This document shows positions 50,038-63,313 of a stretch of 64,000 nt of DNA, one piece after another (position 1 is the first letter of the stretch; each line of letters begins with the position of its first letter). The notes beneath the pieces are model-generated. The model saw only the letters and a list, made by a program, of their open reading frames with translations. It searched no databases and was not told where the DNA came from. The translations under genes and the position numbers were made by a program. The DNA is from Marsupella aquatica (taxonomy: Eukaryota > Plantae > Marchantiophyta): contig OZ316893.1 of the NCBI GenBank assembly GCA_973895155.1, forward strand, positions 23,396,015 to 23,460,014, given 5' to 3'.

Positions 50038-51690
50038 ACCAAGTTATTCACCTATCTAAGAAGCGTAATCGTAGGTGACGATTTTGCTTCTCTCTCGATC
50101 GGAGTGGAGGAAACCTTGAGATAAATTATTATCGATAGAGGTCTTGCCTAGGAGTCGAGGAAGGAGGGGAGGCAGGTCGAGAGACCGTCTGGGAAACGAG
50201 ATCGAGGAAGCGAAGCGATGCTGGCGATTGCCTTCAGTCGATTGGATATCTGTGTGCTCGCATAGTCGAGAAGAGAGGTGATTCCTTGGAGAAGCATTTG
50301 GATCTCTTTTACAGAGGGAAGTAGAGAGAGAGAGCAAAGAGATCGTGAGGGAGGAAGGAGGGGCCACTAATCGAACGAGAGAGGGAGATTGATCGATTTG
50401 TCATTAGAGTTACAGAAGAGGCGGGAGTAGATTAGACTGCTTCAGTAGATTAGACTGCTTCAATTGTCTGCCCTAAGTCGCTTTGGCTCTCTTCACCTCC
50501 TGGCCTGCATATTCAATTTCTTGGTTGGCTTGCATGGGTGTGTATGCAATCAAGACACCAGCTCGGCCTGTTCTTTCCTGTGTTATGTCTCTTAGCGGTT
50601 CTCGTTCGTTTAGAGTGGAGTTGGTTCTGCATCGACTTGCTTTATACTACTGATTCTAAATTTGATCAAAGTCTTAATTTCTTCGATCCTCAGTGCCGTC
50701 TGCGCGTATTTCATTGTGGTCTCGGCATTCTGTCTGTGTTCAGTACGACAGTACGTGCTCAATGTGCTCACTGCTGTCCGTGGGAATGCCGAAACTTGAG
50801 GGGGCTCTCGAAAAGTCCCTAGCACAAGTGAAAACGAACCATGTCACTCTGCGGTTAGGAGTTGTAACGAAAATCCGCTCCCCCCCTGGTATTACAAAGA
50901 GATACCTCCATGCAGGACTTTGAAGAAAAAACAAACGACAATGTGATATAGGTCCCGCTTGTTTAGGAAAGCATGCCGTGATCACAGAGCTCTCTCATTG
51001 CGAGCGATTGCAAATTTAAGCATGCAGTGCACCCCATCTCTTCATGTATTACGCAAAGTGTAGATTGACACCCCATGTTAAATTGGAGGCGAATTAAGTG
51101 TACTAGAAGTAGAGGGCCGTCGACCGCAATAAGAGTGACAAAGTCGAAGCCAGCACCTGTCCTGCCTTTTGGAAATGAAATTAGGAATTTTACTATACTA
51201 TACTCCTTCTGTAGTTGATGCCGAACTCTTCCCCGAATTGTCATGCTTAGCAGTATGCAACTGTATTTGAGGCAATGGATGAAATTCTGCATTCACTATT
51301 GCCGAGAGTTTTCAGGACCACAATCCCATCTGCCGAGAACACATGATGTAGTAGAGGGATGGTAGATTGAGGGTCAGTCTAAGAGTGTAGATGTTTTTTC
51401 ATCTTGGTACAAATCGCTTTACTGATCTAGATGGAGTTTTTTTTTGGGTCCCTTGTAATATAAGAACGTCGCATGTGTTCTTGTGCCATGCTGACGCCAG
51501 ATTATTGATTGATACCTCTCACTGAAAGTTTGAGATAGAAGGATTCAAAGTCACCAGGAAATACAAGGAGTTGTCTACTCAGATCTGAGATCTGCACCAG
51601 GATAGAAGTTGATTGGGTTGTTCATCCGGTGCTGCGACAGGTTGATTCAGTTTCCAATCATCTGACTAAGCTGCGAGGAAAGGGTTTGCG

Positions 51691-54600
51691 ATGGGGCTAC
51701 TGGGCACGGTGTTTGGTTTGGTTGGCTTTGGATGGGGTATCGGCATTGGTTTACTGGTCGGCTACTTCCTCTTCATCTACTCTCAATCATCTGACGTGAA
51801 GGCAAGTTCGGTACTTAAGACTTTGTTCGGGTGGACTTTTCACAATGCTTTTGAGGCAATCATGAAATGTTGATAATTGTCGATGTGTGAACGTTTCACA
51901 ATGCTTTTGAGGCAATCGTGAGATGGTGATAATTTTCGATGTTGGATCACGCGTAATGGTTGTTTGCTACTATGTTAATGACTCATGCAGGATCCGATCA
52001 TTAGGCCTTTGTCGGAGCTCGATGCAAAAACCCTTCGTGGATTGCTACCAGAAATTCCGCTATGGGTCAAGAATCCAGATTATGACAGGGCAAGGCCTAT
52101 CTCCCCCTTTCTTTAGCTACTTTAGTTTTGATTTGACTGTTCAGAAGCTATTGAACACTTCCCTCAATTTTCTGAATAGGTTGTGTAAGCTTGAGTTGTT
52201 TATTTGAAAAAAGTTAACGTGCATACTTCAAGCAGTCTGCGAATACTGTTTTATGCCTTCTGTAGACTATCTTGATTATCTGATTGCGATTGTCATGGGG
52301 GATAATTCAGGTGGACTGGTTGAACAAATTCATAAAAGACATGTGGCCGTTTTTAGACAAGGTATTTCATATTTCTCTTGCGCTACACTCTTCATGGAAA
52401 TGCTGAGCTGTGCAGCTGAGTTTGTGATGCAAATATATTGTCAAAGCTTCTGATCTACTTTCATAATTTGGTGTGGAAAGGCTTAGCATCATTCATATCA
52501 AGAGTCGGGAGTCGGAATCATTCGCTGACTTTCCCAATTTCTGTGTTTTCAGGCCATCTGTAACATTATCAGGGAACAGGCAAAACCTTACATTGAGGAG
52601 TACGGTCCAAAATTCAAATTGGAGTCAATCGAGTTTGAGCACCTCACCCTTGGGGCATTACCACCTACATTTGTTGGTATGTTTCTTTTTGCTACTCATT
52701 TTACACTAATGACGGTGCATTCTAGGAAAGATTAGCCAGTATTTACAAAATGTTCATTGTCCGTCAACATCTTTCTGCAAATGTCCATAATATCTAACCA
52801 TAGAATGTGGACATTTGCAGGTATAAAAGTATATGATACTCAAGAGAAGGAGTTGATCATTGAGCCATCTCTGAAGTTTGCCGGAAACCCTAATATTGTT
52901 GTTGCTGTAAAGGCTTTTGGACTTAAGGCAACAGTGCAGGTGATTGAATTAAGTACTGAAGTCTTGGGGAGTTTGTGTTGAGACATTTTAAGAAAACGTC
53001 ACTTTATTTTGTGAATGAACTAGCCGCATTGTATATCATATGAGTCAATCATAATGATTCTAATTTCATGGGCTGCTCTTGCTGCTCCAATTATGAATCC
53101 TTAATCAAAAATTGATGAAGTTGTGCAAAAATTCACCGTCGCTTTGTTGCAGTTGGTCGATGTGCAAGTTTTTGCTACTCCACGCGTGACACTGAGGCCT
53201 CTGATTGAGACTTTCCCCTGCTTTGCCAAAATTGTGGTGTCATTAATGGAAAAGGTAAGATCAATTTTTAGTGCCACTCTTATTGCACTGCATTGTTTTG
53301 TCATGCAAGAATTCATCACTTAAAATGATTTTGAAAATATCATTGGACATGAGTGTAAGTAAGCTGACACATCCAAGTCGAAGTCTCTAAAAGCTAGTCG
53401 ATCTCTACTGTCTAACAACGGATGCGTTGCTATCACAGCCGCACGTAGATTTTGGTTTGAAACTGCTTGGAGGAGACGTGATGGCAATCCCGGGTCTCTA
53501 TAGACTGGTCCAAGTATGTGCTCGTTCCTTCTCCCTTTGCAAATGAGATTGTCGGTAGTTGGTAGAGTCTACTATTTAACTTTGAATGAGCATTTGGAAT
53601 GGTGCATTGACCCTCTTGCTTGATTGCGAATCAGGACATTATCAAGAACCAGGTTGCAGATATGTACCTTTGGCCAAAGAACTTGGAAATCGCCATTGTG
53701 GATGATGCAAGGTACGTCGTTTCGGCATTCTTCCGGTAATCTGGAGCTCATCGTATCCATTGGAAGATTGATGAGTAACTGGTTGCAAGGCCGTATATTG
53801 CGGTTTAGATTGTAGTGTTGTACTAACTCACGGAAATGTGTGTTGAAATCTTCAGTGCCGCGTCAAAACCTGTTGGAATGCTGTATGTCAAGGTCGTGAA
53901 AGCAAATAACTTGAGGAAGAAAGATATGATAGGCAAGGCTGATCCATATGTCAAATTGCACTTGGGAGGAGGAACTTCTTTTGCAAAAGTGACAAGAACA
54001 ATGAAGAGTAATCTAAATCCAGAGTGGAACGAATCATTCAAGTTAATTGTAAATGATCCGGGAACTCAGTCACTTGAGATTCATCTTTACGACTGGGATA
54101 AGGTGAGTTAATTACACTCGGGCTCTCGTCGTGTTCTTTTTCAGCAGCTGAGTATTGCTTGCCACCCAGGAGTAATTACACATTTTCCCACTGTAGTCAT
54201 TACCACTTTCCCACTGTAGTCATTACCACAGGTAGTTATGCATGGTCGTATTCTAATGGGTACGAATTAACTCAGTCACAGATGCGTCTTAGCCTTTGCA
54301 ACGGTTTGTCAGCCCTTCGGAAGGTAAACTCGCACGCGTTCAGACTCATGACTCTTTCTCTCTCTGTGATATCTAGATTGGAGCACATGAGAGGATGGGA
54401 CTGGATGTCATTCCTTTGCAGGATTTGGTCCCCGAAGAGACCAAAACTATTACGCGTAAGTTTGTGAAGAACATGGACGCCAACGATCCTGCAAACCAGA
54501 AAGAACGAGGAAATTATACAGTTGAGCTGACCTATAAGCCGTTTAAGGAAGATGACATGCCTGACATTAAGGAGGGAGATGAGGACGAGGAGCTAGATAA

Positions 54601-55381
54601 ACCTCCAGAGGGTGTACCTGCGGGCGGAGGTTTGTTGGTGGTCATAGTTCATGAAGCTGAAGAAGTTGAAGGAAAGCACCACACCAACCCATTTTGTCGC
54701 GTTATCTTCAAGGGTGAAGAAAAGAGAACCAAGGTATTTTACCGAGTTTTTATCCCACCAGCACAGTACCTATGCGTGTCCCTTCCTCCAGTTTAGTGGT
54801 CCCATGGATTCGGTCACTTGTTTTGAATTTCTTGTGTTATTTGACAGTTGCAGCCTTGTTGAAATACTGCTATTTGGATGTGTACTAATATGAATCCAAG
54901 GCGGGACATGTATACTTGTAAGGGCAAGTATGTCCACTTGTCTGTTGACTTATATGTGCCAAAATTGGGAGGGATTGCAGCCCATAAAAAAAAACAGGGA
55001 TCCGAGATGGGAGCAGAGATTTGAGTGGGTACTTGATGAGCCACCTGTAAATGATCGTCTGCATGTGGAAGTTTTGAGCAAGAGCATGGGTTTAACCATG
55101 CACCTTAAGGTACTGGCTTTATATTTTTCGTCAAGATTGTTTTTCTCCTCTCATTTGCTTGAGAGTGACAGTCACCGCTTGTGGTGCTCCGTGACAAAAA
55201 TGTGTAGAACGACGGTTTTGACAAGTTGAGGTGTGTGTGAACCTGTTTGAAGGAATCTTTGGGCTACGTGGACATCAATCTGGCAGACGTTGTAAACAAC
55301 AAACGCATCAATGAAAGCTACCAGTTAATTGATTCAAAGAACGGGAAGATACAGGTGGAACTTCAATGGAGGGCAGGATAA
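51691..55381 (+). CDS. SYT: Plant synaptotagmin (SYT1/2/3 clade; TM-SMP-C2A-C2B); exons 51691-51801, 51991-52089, 52311-52361, 52553-52676, 52821-52939, 53153-53254, 53439-53513, 53635-53711, 53856-54102, 54377-54733, 54981-55109, 55253-55381; 539 aa
   Basis: N-terminal TM MGLLGTVFGLVGFGWGIGIGLLVGYFLFIY. SMP domain LLPEIPLWVKNPDYDRVDWLNKFIKDMWPFLDKAIC, LTLGALPPTF, FPCFAKIVVSLMEKPHVDFGLKL. C2A KPVGMLYVKVVKA..ADPYVKL..NLNPEWNE. C2B GGGLLVVIVHEAEEVEGKHHTNP, KKNRDPRWE, ESLGYVDINLADVVNNKRINE. Introns 1-2 modelled as GC-AG, the rest GT-AG. Confidence 0.93.
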
Positions 55382-58082
55382 AAGGAAGTCCAACAAGGCT
55401 CGACGGAATTACTACTGAACTCGTATCGGTCATCGGTCGAGTTTCTCTTCTGTCTCCCTTGTAATATTTGCAGAGCGACACCAGACTTAGCCAAGCCTAT
55501 ATTCTGCACTCACACTAGCCTGAAACGGCACGCCCGTTCTGTTTTGAAAAGATCAGTCACAGAAAATCCGCGTAGGCACTCCAGTGAGGTTGTTGTTTGT
55601 ACCACCATGCTCGAGACATGCTCTGATTTCCAGATAGATTTGTAGCTACTTTTCCCGTTCCTAGTGAGGCGGATGTACTATAGTTCTCCCCTCTGTTTGC
55701 TAATTTTGTGTAAAGAATTAAACTTTCTGTCAAACTTCACACGCCCTTTGAAATTCCGTTGAACGCGATTCAAATGTATGAAAGTTTAGTCAATGTTCCC
55801 TATTGAAGCAGAGACAATTATACCTGTGTGCGAGTACAATCACCTTCCCACTGCGGTATAAGGAGGATGTGTCCCCTTCTGGACATTGGAAGACTATAGA
55901 AGTCCGAGTAGAGCTGCCGATGTGAAATAAGGTAGTTTCTGGTATTTTTCTTACACGTCACCACCAGAGTACGAGAGGCAGCAAGTTTTCTTACATTGAG
56001 GACAGTTCACAGCTACTGGAAGAAGTCGCAGAATGGGGCCTTGACAAAGTTGACTGTCCGCAACCAAGATCTCCGAAAGGTAAAACATATGCCAACGAGA
56101 GTAGAAAGCACAGTTCGAGCATCTCTTTTGAGAACAGGGGTTGGATCTGATAACCTTTGAAGACCACCTCAAACATTATAGCGATTAGTTCCAAGCACAT
56201 CAATGACCTTCCAGTCTCTTACATATGACGCAGTCATTTTTTCGCCTTAACAGCCCTGAACAAGGTTCCTTTTCTTCCAAGGTTTAAAACACGGCATTTA
56301 CCTTCCAGGATCGAATATGTCATGAATTCACATGTTGCAAAACAAGCCATTTTCTCTGGGAGATTAATCATACTTCTGTTCCCAAGTTGGGAGCAGGAGA
56401 AGAAAGATACTTGGGTTCCCTTCATCAGCTGACCTGGACAGGTTGACAGTTCCTTTGTAATCTGTGGGAGCGAAAGACGAAGATTAAGGACAAGAATCCT
56501 GGTCAGCTTTGGCATGGTCTCTAGCGTATGCCATGATAATTATCCTGACAACCAATGCCACCTGCGCTATGGCACAAGAATTCCTTTATTGGGGCCCTCC
56601 AACTGGACTGGCTTTGATTGTCTCCATTTCCAGGAGTGTAATTGTTCAAGCATGGCGAACGGTCTTCCTTTCGTTGTGGTATGATCAACCATAATATATA
56701 ATTTGATTCGGTGCAAGTACCTCGTGCTGTGAGGTCTTTGGGTGCCAGTTGCGATCCAGCCGAGCACGACCGAAAGCCCTCTTTCGCTCCTCAGGTCAGC
56801 TAAGCCCAGATCAGCTCGTGGCAGCCATCGTACTATCGAGGCACTAGCCATACGAGGACGAGCGCGCCGCACACACCGCGTGTACAATCTGACGGACGCA
56901 GTTACCAAAAGGGCATATTCGATTGGGCAAATAGAAGAGAAAAAGCCACGGAACAAAAAAGAAAAGGGGTCAGACGAAGAAAGGAAAAAGCACCCCAAAA
57001 AATCCAAGTTCTTTTACTCAGATGGTTCTGTTTTGTTGTTAAGAAATTTGACTACAGATACACAAACAATACACTCACGTATCGAAGGTAATTCCCAGTC
57101 GCAAACTGATCTCACTTCAATTAATTCCATGGGAGGATAGGGCATCATTCTAGTAGCCTGGTTTGTTTTCTGCCTCGAAGACGGTCGATGATTGAAGTGG
57201 TATTGTTGAGATAAGAGAATCCTCTCCCCTATGTGCGAAGCTGATGCCATCTTCGGCGGGGGCAGCACGTCCTTGTTATGGCCTTCTAGACATTGTCAAA
57301 TGCGAGATGAAGCGGAATGAGGCGAGAGCAGTAAATTGAGAGGATATTGAACCTCTCTAACGATCGGATTGATTCAGACGAAGGTACGGTGTAGACTGAG
57401 CAATAGGGAGAGGGTGGTGACGGAGCCTACTGTTTCAATTCGGATCCAAGAAGACCAGTTCCTCATACTGTGTAAAATGAAGATACTCTCCCTTGAGTAG
57501 ATAACACACTGAGAGATAGCTGCTCAATTGCCTTCTCTCAAGATTGCTGTCATGGACCGAGAGAGAAACAGGGAGCGCCAAAGAGCCAATAACTCATAAT
57601 GAAGGTGAGTGAGTGACCATCACCGCTGGCCTTTGCACTTATGTACCATACAGACAGAAACAGGGAGCAGCAAGAACGCAGAGCACACGGAGACGATTGT
57701 TAAGCGCCCCTCGTCGCTCCCAATTGCTGCTGTGTAATGCGAGACGGAAATCAGAGACCGCAAGGGAAGGAAGAAGAAGTTCTACAAATTGACCTTGACT
57801 TCTGTCCGTTGCAGTTATATCATGAGAGACAGTAACAGAGAGCACCGAAGAAGTACCAACAAGTATACGGCGGAAAGTGGAGAGGGAAGGAGGGGAACGA
57901 GAAGTTAATCACTCAGTAACTCACTAGATCTTTGAAATTGACCCGATATCACAGATGAGCGAGAGAGGAAGGTAGTGGGCGACAGATTCCGACCCTGAAT
58001 TTACCAATGGAATCACGTGCAGAGGACTCCTGAGAGTGCATCAGCGGGGCTGGTCTTGGGGTACAACCCACATCACCACACG

Positions 58083-59402
58083 ATGAGCGTGAATGGAGTG
58101 GATGAAAAATTTGGGCAGCAAACCAATCCTGCGAAAGTCTCCGGGAAGGGCCGTGTGTACAAAAAGGGAGCATGGACAGTAACGGAGGTGATGGTGCTAC
58201 AGGCTGCCAAGCGTGAGGATCATGAAGGCCAGAGCAAGGGTGGAGGCACGAAGGAAAAGCACAGGACAGCGCAAGAACGGTGGTTGTGGATTGAGGACAT
58301 GTGCTGGACCAATGCAGTCCACCGCAGTGCGCAGCAGTGCCAAGATAAGTGGGAGTCTTTGGTTCCAGAATTCAAGAAAGTGCTGAACTATGAGAAGAAC
58401 CTCAGGGTTGGGCAGAAGTCCTACTGGCAAATGCTCCCCGAGGATCGCAAGAAGACCCCCAAATTGCCTCCCAACTTGCCCAACGAGACTTTCAAAGCTA
58501 TGCTGGAATGGTACTTGAAGAGCAAGACTATTGTTCAGGGGGATGTCAACGTTGACATACCCCTTCTTGTTGGAGGTAATTACGCTTCCGCTTAATCTCT
58601 TCGCTTGAGTTCTAGTCTCGTGGTATTTAAAGATCGTCTATTGCAACACCTGGGAATACATGTCAATGGACCTCAAGTGTAGCCTTGTCAGAAGCGAACC
58701 CTGTCTCTTACAAGACTCAGCATTGGCCCTGAATTCTGGCCCTGAGAACTAAGGCTTGCACTTGCAAGACCTGAAAACAGACAAGAATGGCCATCTCTTC
58801 CTGTGATAACCAGAGACGCTGAACTGTGAGTTTATAGTAGTTGAACTTCTACCGGCGCTCTATGAAGTTGTCTTTCAACTCAACAAACATGCAACTTAGA
58901 CGAGACTTTACAAGATATCCAAGTAGGTTGCTTTCTTGCACTGCACGGGTCCAGAGAATTTGATGCCAACCTGAGTCATTACTAACTGTGGGAATGCCTT
59001 CTTCTCTGTGAAGCAGGAAATTCCAGCCCCATCTCTCGTAGCAATGGAGAATTTTCGGGGATTGAAGTGGTTGGCACCAATGAAAATGGTATCACTGGTT
59101 GGAAACGGAAACTCCACCCCAAGTTAGGGGATGGCAATCACTGCACCCTCGAATGCAGCAACAAGAATGTTTTATCGGCCATGATTGAATGTGAGGATCG
59201 GAAAGACAAACGCCACAAAGATGAGATGGATTTGAAATTGCAACGGCATCGCGAATCTTTAGAGATGAACATGATCAAGCACAGAGAGACGCTCGAGCTG
59301 AACCAGAAACTCGGAGAGAGCTATGTCAACGCCTTGTGTAGCATTGGGGAAGGTCTCAAGCAGCTCGGGAATGCTCTTCAATTATCCAGCCGACATTTGT
59401 GA
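58083..59402 (+). CDS. Trihelix / Myb-SANT-like DNA-binding protein with C-terminal coiled coil; exons 58083-58575, 59017-59402; 292 aa
   Basis: KGAWTVTEVMVLQAAKRED...ERWLWIEDMCW...RSAQQCQDKWESLVPEFKKVLNYE...SYWQM..EDRK...LPPN has trihelix Trp spacing. Phase-1 intron GAG|gtaatt...tactaac...aagcag|GA. Exon 2 encodes EDRKDKRHKDEMDLKL...YVNALCSIGEGLKQL. Confidence 0.85.
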
Positions 59403-60827
59403 TAGGGTGGACTTTTTTCTTCAGACTCGGGTGTAATTTTGAGAGAGCTTTTGTATACTATCGGCTTGCTGTATACGTAATAACATATGTTCAGATATGT
59501 AAATATAGTGGAGAACTCATGTCGTGTTGACCTTGTATCATACTAACCTACTTTGAATCGAAACTGTACAAGAGCCTCACACAGTTAATTTCGCCGCAAT
59601 TTGTGAATTGAATGCAATCTCTCCGTTCCAACGTGATATTGGAGCCCTTTGTAGTGCCGATAAATAGGATCGAGATCAGTCGCATCCCCGATTTGGAATG
59701 AGACCAGATGGAATTCGATGGTCAAACAAAGTTTTGGAGTTTTATTTTCATGTCTATTGCCTTCAAGGGCAAGAGAACATATAGTAGAGGCGAAAGGGTG
59801 TTGTCAGCTAAAACTTTGTATCTAACCTCAGCCCCTAAACTCTAAAGACCTGCGAAATTGTCTAGGATGAAGGCTCCTTTCTGTCATCAATCCGCTACAA
59901 ATGTATCAGACATGCTGATTGGCTGACGACTTCGCTCTCTGGGCTGTCCTAATGCTGATTCAGTTGATATTTGCTTTCCTCCATATGCTGTTCGGACCCC
60001 ACCTGTAATGCAGCTACTTGATGGGAGTCAACTCCACCACTTCCCATCACCTGTCGAGCTGGCAGGGGAACAGCAGCAGCTACAGTTCCGTCTCTAGTTA
60101 GTCTCACTTCCAATCATGGGAACCCTCTGGTCAAGAACAGCAGCTATCGATCTGCCGTCTGTATGAGCTCTTGGCATGCCCATCTTCCTCATTATTCATT
60201 CTCGAGATCCTCCTTTCTCTCTTGCTTTGTTCAGCAATCGGTTCATCCACTGCAGTCCTGGTGTTGACAGCTCTCATCAGATTCGTAAGCTAGCTGCGGT
60301 TCTACCTTCATCTTTGCTGGACTCCAATTCCATTCTTATAATTTTCGACATCTCATTACAATTCTCTTTCTTGCAATCGAATTTTGAATCCAGCTTTGGT
60401 GCTTCACCACGTTGTAAGCTTCTTGCAGGATTTCTAGATACAGTTTTCAATTCAATTCAATTTTAATTGTTTTTGGGTTTAGCAGGAACTGTTTTGCGTC
60501 CCTTTTGTAGTGGAGTTGAATACAGACAACTCGTTTTCCTGTGTTATGCAGTCTGCCATTGGCTGTCTAGAAACTAGGAATCTGCGCTGTTCGTTACACT
60601 GTGAACATACATTTGTCACGGTTTTAAAAACCAGTTTTAAGTCCGAATTTATGACCGTTGTTTAGCTCGCGCTGGAGCTAGTTTAGGGTTTGCAGAAGAG
60701 AAATTTATTAATGGCATTTCTTTGTTTTCACTCATGCGGAAGAGGAGGTACCTGATTATGGTGAAAATTCGATGTTTCGCTTGATTTTGCTAGATTTCTT
60801 TCCACGACAATTATACCCGAGTTTACA

Positions 60828-61853
60828 ATGAACACTCCAGACATTTCTTCTTTATGGAAGAAACTTCTTCCTGGCATCCCGGATGACGTTGCTTTGAATG
60901 AGATTGCTGCGAAGATCGCAAAGAAAGATGTTGGTACCTTGTCTTTAGTAAGTCCTCGATGGAGACAAGAAATTCAGCATCGAGTAGTTTATAATTCGAG
61001 ACTTCGCAGGTGTTCCACAGACACTCACGTAGTCCTTCGAGTGTTGGGTCGTGGTTTCAATGGATTTTGTATTTACTCCTTGAGCGACCACGCCCTGCAT
61101 CAGCTTCCTCGAGTCCCAAACCGTCGCTTTAAGTACCAGTTCGTAGCATTGGATGGTAGATTATATGTCTTAGGAGGAGAAAGTTGCTTGACCCAGAGAA
61201 ATCCCGAAAATGATTCAAGAAAAGTATTTGTCTTGGATTTGGCTGGACAACAGCTGTGGAAGGAATGTGCAAGTATGCTGCAACCACGAGGAGCGTTTGG
61301 ATGTGGTGTCATGGGTGGAAAGATTTATGTATTCGGTGGTACTTCTGTCGGCTACGGGCATCATCCGGAAGGCGCATCAGAGGTGTATGACCCGAAGATG
61401 GACGCTTGGTTCCCGGTAAAGAGAATGCCATCAGGGAAACCGAGCTATGAAGTTATACCTGTAGGTGAAGAGCTCTTTGTGCCAGGCCCGTTTATCTCGT
61501 CATTTCAAGTTTATCATGCAGGCAAGGATCAGTGGCGAGTCGTGCAGCTCAATGGCCTTGCGTTCCGCGCATTCGTTTTCGGCGGAGAATTCTATTTGTG
61601 GAGCTCATATGGCATTCAAATTTACGTTAATCCGTGGTGGAGACATCGGTGTTCGATCACATGTGATGAATTTGGACCGATTCACTCTGTAGTGATTTCC
61701 CCCAAGTTTGTTTTTGTCGTGAATAACGAGCTGTTAGCGAACGTGAATTGGATGAACGAAGCGAACCCAACCGAGGGAGACTGTCTCCTCCTGAGTTCCG
61801 GATTCGGGAGCAAGGGCCAGGACGTAGTGGCGGAAAGCACCCCACTCTTTTGA
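60828..61853 (+). CDS. F-box/kelch-repeat protein, coding region intronless, 341 aa, divergent
   Basis: F-box-like LLPGIPDDVALNEIAAKI...LSLVSPRWR. Kelch motifs ALDGRLYVLGG...WKECASMLQPRGAFGCGVMGGKIYVFGG...SEVYDPKMDAWFPVKRMP. Confidence 0.88.
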   Translation: MNTPDISSLWKKLLPGIPDDVALNEIAAKIAKKDVGTLSLVSPRWRQEIQHRVVYNSRLRRCSTDTHVVLRVLGRGFNGFCIYSLSDHALHQLPRVPNRRFKYQFVALDGRLYVLGGESCLTQRNPENDSRKVFVLDLAGQQLWKECASMLQPRGAFGCGVMGGKIYVFGGTSVGYGHHPEGASEVYDPKMDAWFPVKRMPSGKPSYEVIPVGEELFVPGPFISSFQVYHAGKDQWRVVQLNGLAFRAFVFGGEFYLWSSYGIQIYVNPWWRHRCSITCDEFGPIHSVVISPKFVFVVNNELLANVNWMNEANPTEGDCLLLSSGFGSKGQDVVAESTPLF

Positions 61854-63313
61854 ATCTAAGACGTTGAGTCCTTTCATGTGTCTAGTTGAGTACGTACTTG
61901 ACTCCAATTTTATGATCATTCTTGTACATAGTACGCTTTGATCGCCAAAGTTCCTGATCAACTCATAGGTTAGATCTGGTTTTGGTTAGCGGAAGTAGTA
62001 TGCGTCCGGACATGAGGGAGGACATCCGAGCAAAGTGGTAGTTTTGAGTAAAGTTCTGGGTCGTTTGTTTCAATGTTAATAAAATACCTTGGGGCTTGGT
62101 GCTATTTCAAGTAGCAGCGAAGAAGAGTTTTATTGAAGAAATTCTGTACGACTTTGCAGTTAGTCCAAGGCTCATCTGAACCGGACGAGCACGAAATTGA
62201 ATCCTATCCTGTGAGCTATATTGGCAGTTGTCGCAAATCTTTTGGTGATGTTACAATGTCAGATGGTTTGTTGGGCTTGGAAATGTAGTAAACAATCGAT
62301 CTTCGTACGTCCGTGCATATTCCTGAGCTTGCCGTGCTCGGGGTCTTTGTAAATTCTTACCAGTCTTTTCAGTACGGCTGCCTGGCTTCAGAAGAAGACT
62401 CGCCAGTTCCGTGATCATTGAAACAATTGCATCCCAATTGTCTATGACGGGTGGATCGTAACTGATGTTTCCTTTGAGGCATTGGTATGGATGTCGGGAA
62501 GGGGGAAAAGGTAACATTGTTTTACTAGATTAGGCGTATTCGGCCTCTTCCAAGAAGTCAAGGATGATTTTCACTTGGCGATGTGAGCGATGCTTTTGGA
62601 GGGAACTCTCGACGTATAGCTGTCGAATATATTGAGAGCCAATCTCGGGCTGGTGGTGCAATTGTAACTCTGGAAACGCACGTCACTGGCACTAAGAGAT
62701 TGTGAGTCGCTTCACTCTAAGAAAAGGGTACAGTCTTAACACTTTCGGGATTCTGGTTGCCTCGTCCAAAGAACTGATTGCCTTTTTCTGCACATGTAGC
62801 ATGCGAAGGCATATCCTCTTACATTGGGAAGAGATTCCCCAGCAGATTGTATTGCCGAGCACTTTCTTTCCATAACCACACATCTATGCAAGAAAAACGA
62901 GATATAAAGCATTTCCTAATGTGTTCACCGGTGCCTCTCTTCCACAAAGACGAGCATTACAACATTCAGTGAGCTTTAGAAATGGACAATGGGAGAGGAG
63001 GCAATGTGGGAATTAGTCCGCCACGATCAACTCATCCTTGTAGATGATATAGTAATCGCGATGGGCCCTGAATGATCTTGTGTTGCCCACCGGCAGTCTC
63101 TTTTCGATCTGGGCCATTGCGTGAATACTTGTTCTAACCAAGGGTGCCTATTGATTAAATCGACTAAAACCCTTGAATTGTAGTCTTGTGGTAAGCAGAG
63201 ACAGGAATGTGTCAAACGCCGGATCGAGGCAGAGCATTCCTACATTCTTCGCTGTATTGTGATTTTGTGTTAGTGGAACTGTCACCACCCTGTGGGTATC
63301 TTACAATTCAAAT

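Noticed and set aside
55900-57900. Candidate minus-strand gene or miRNA precursor between synaptotagmin and the trihelix gene
   Set aside because: No coherent exon chain, no match to conserved plant miRNAs I could recall, and no long hairpin seen. The GA-rich part is better explained as the trihelix leader.
62251-63215. Several short minus-strand ORFs with possible splice signals after the F-box gene
   Set aside because: They could not be joined into a phase-consistent or recognisable protein; a TBLASTX search would be needed to exclude a decayed gene.
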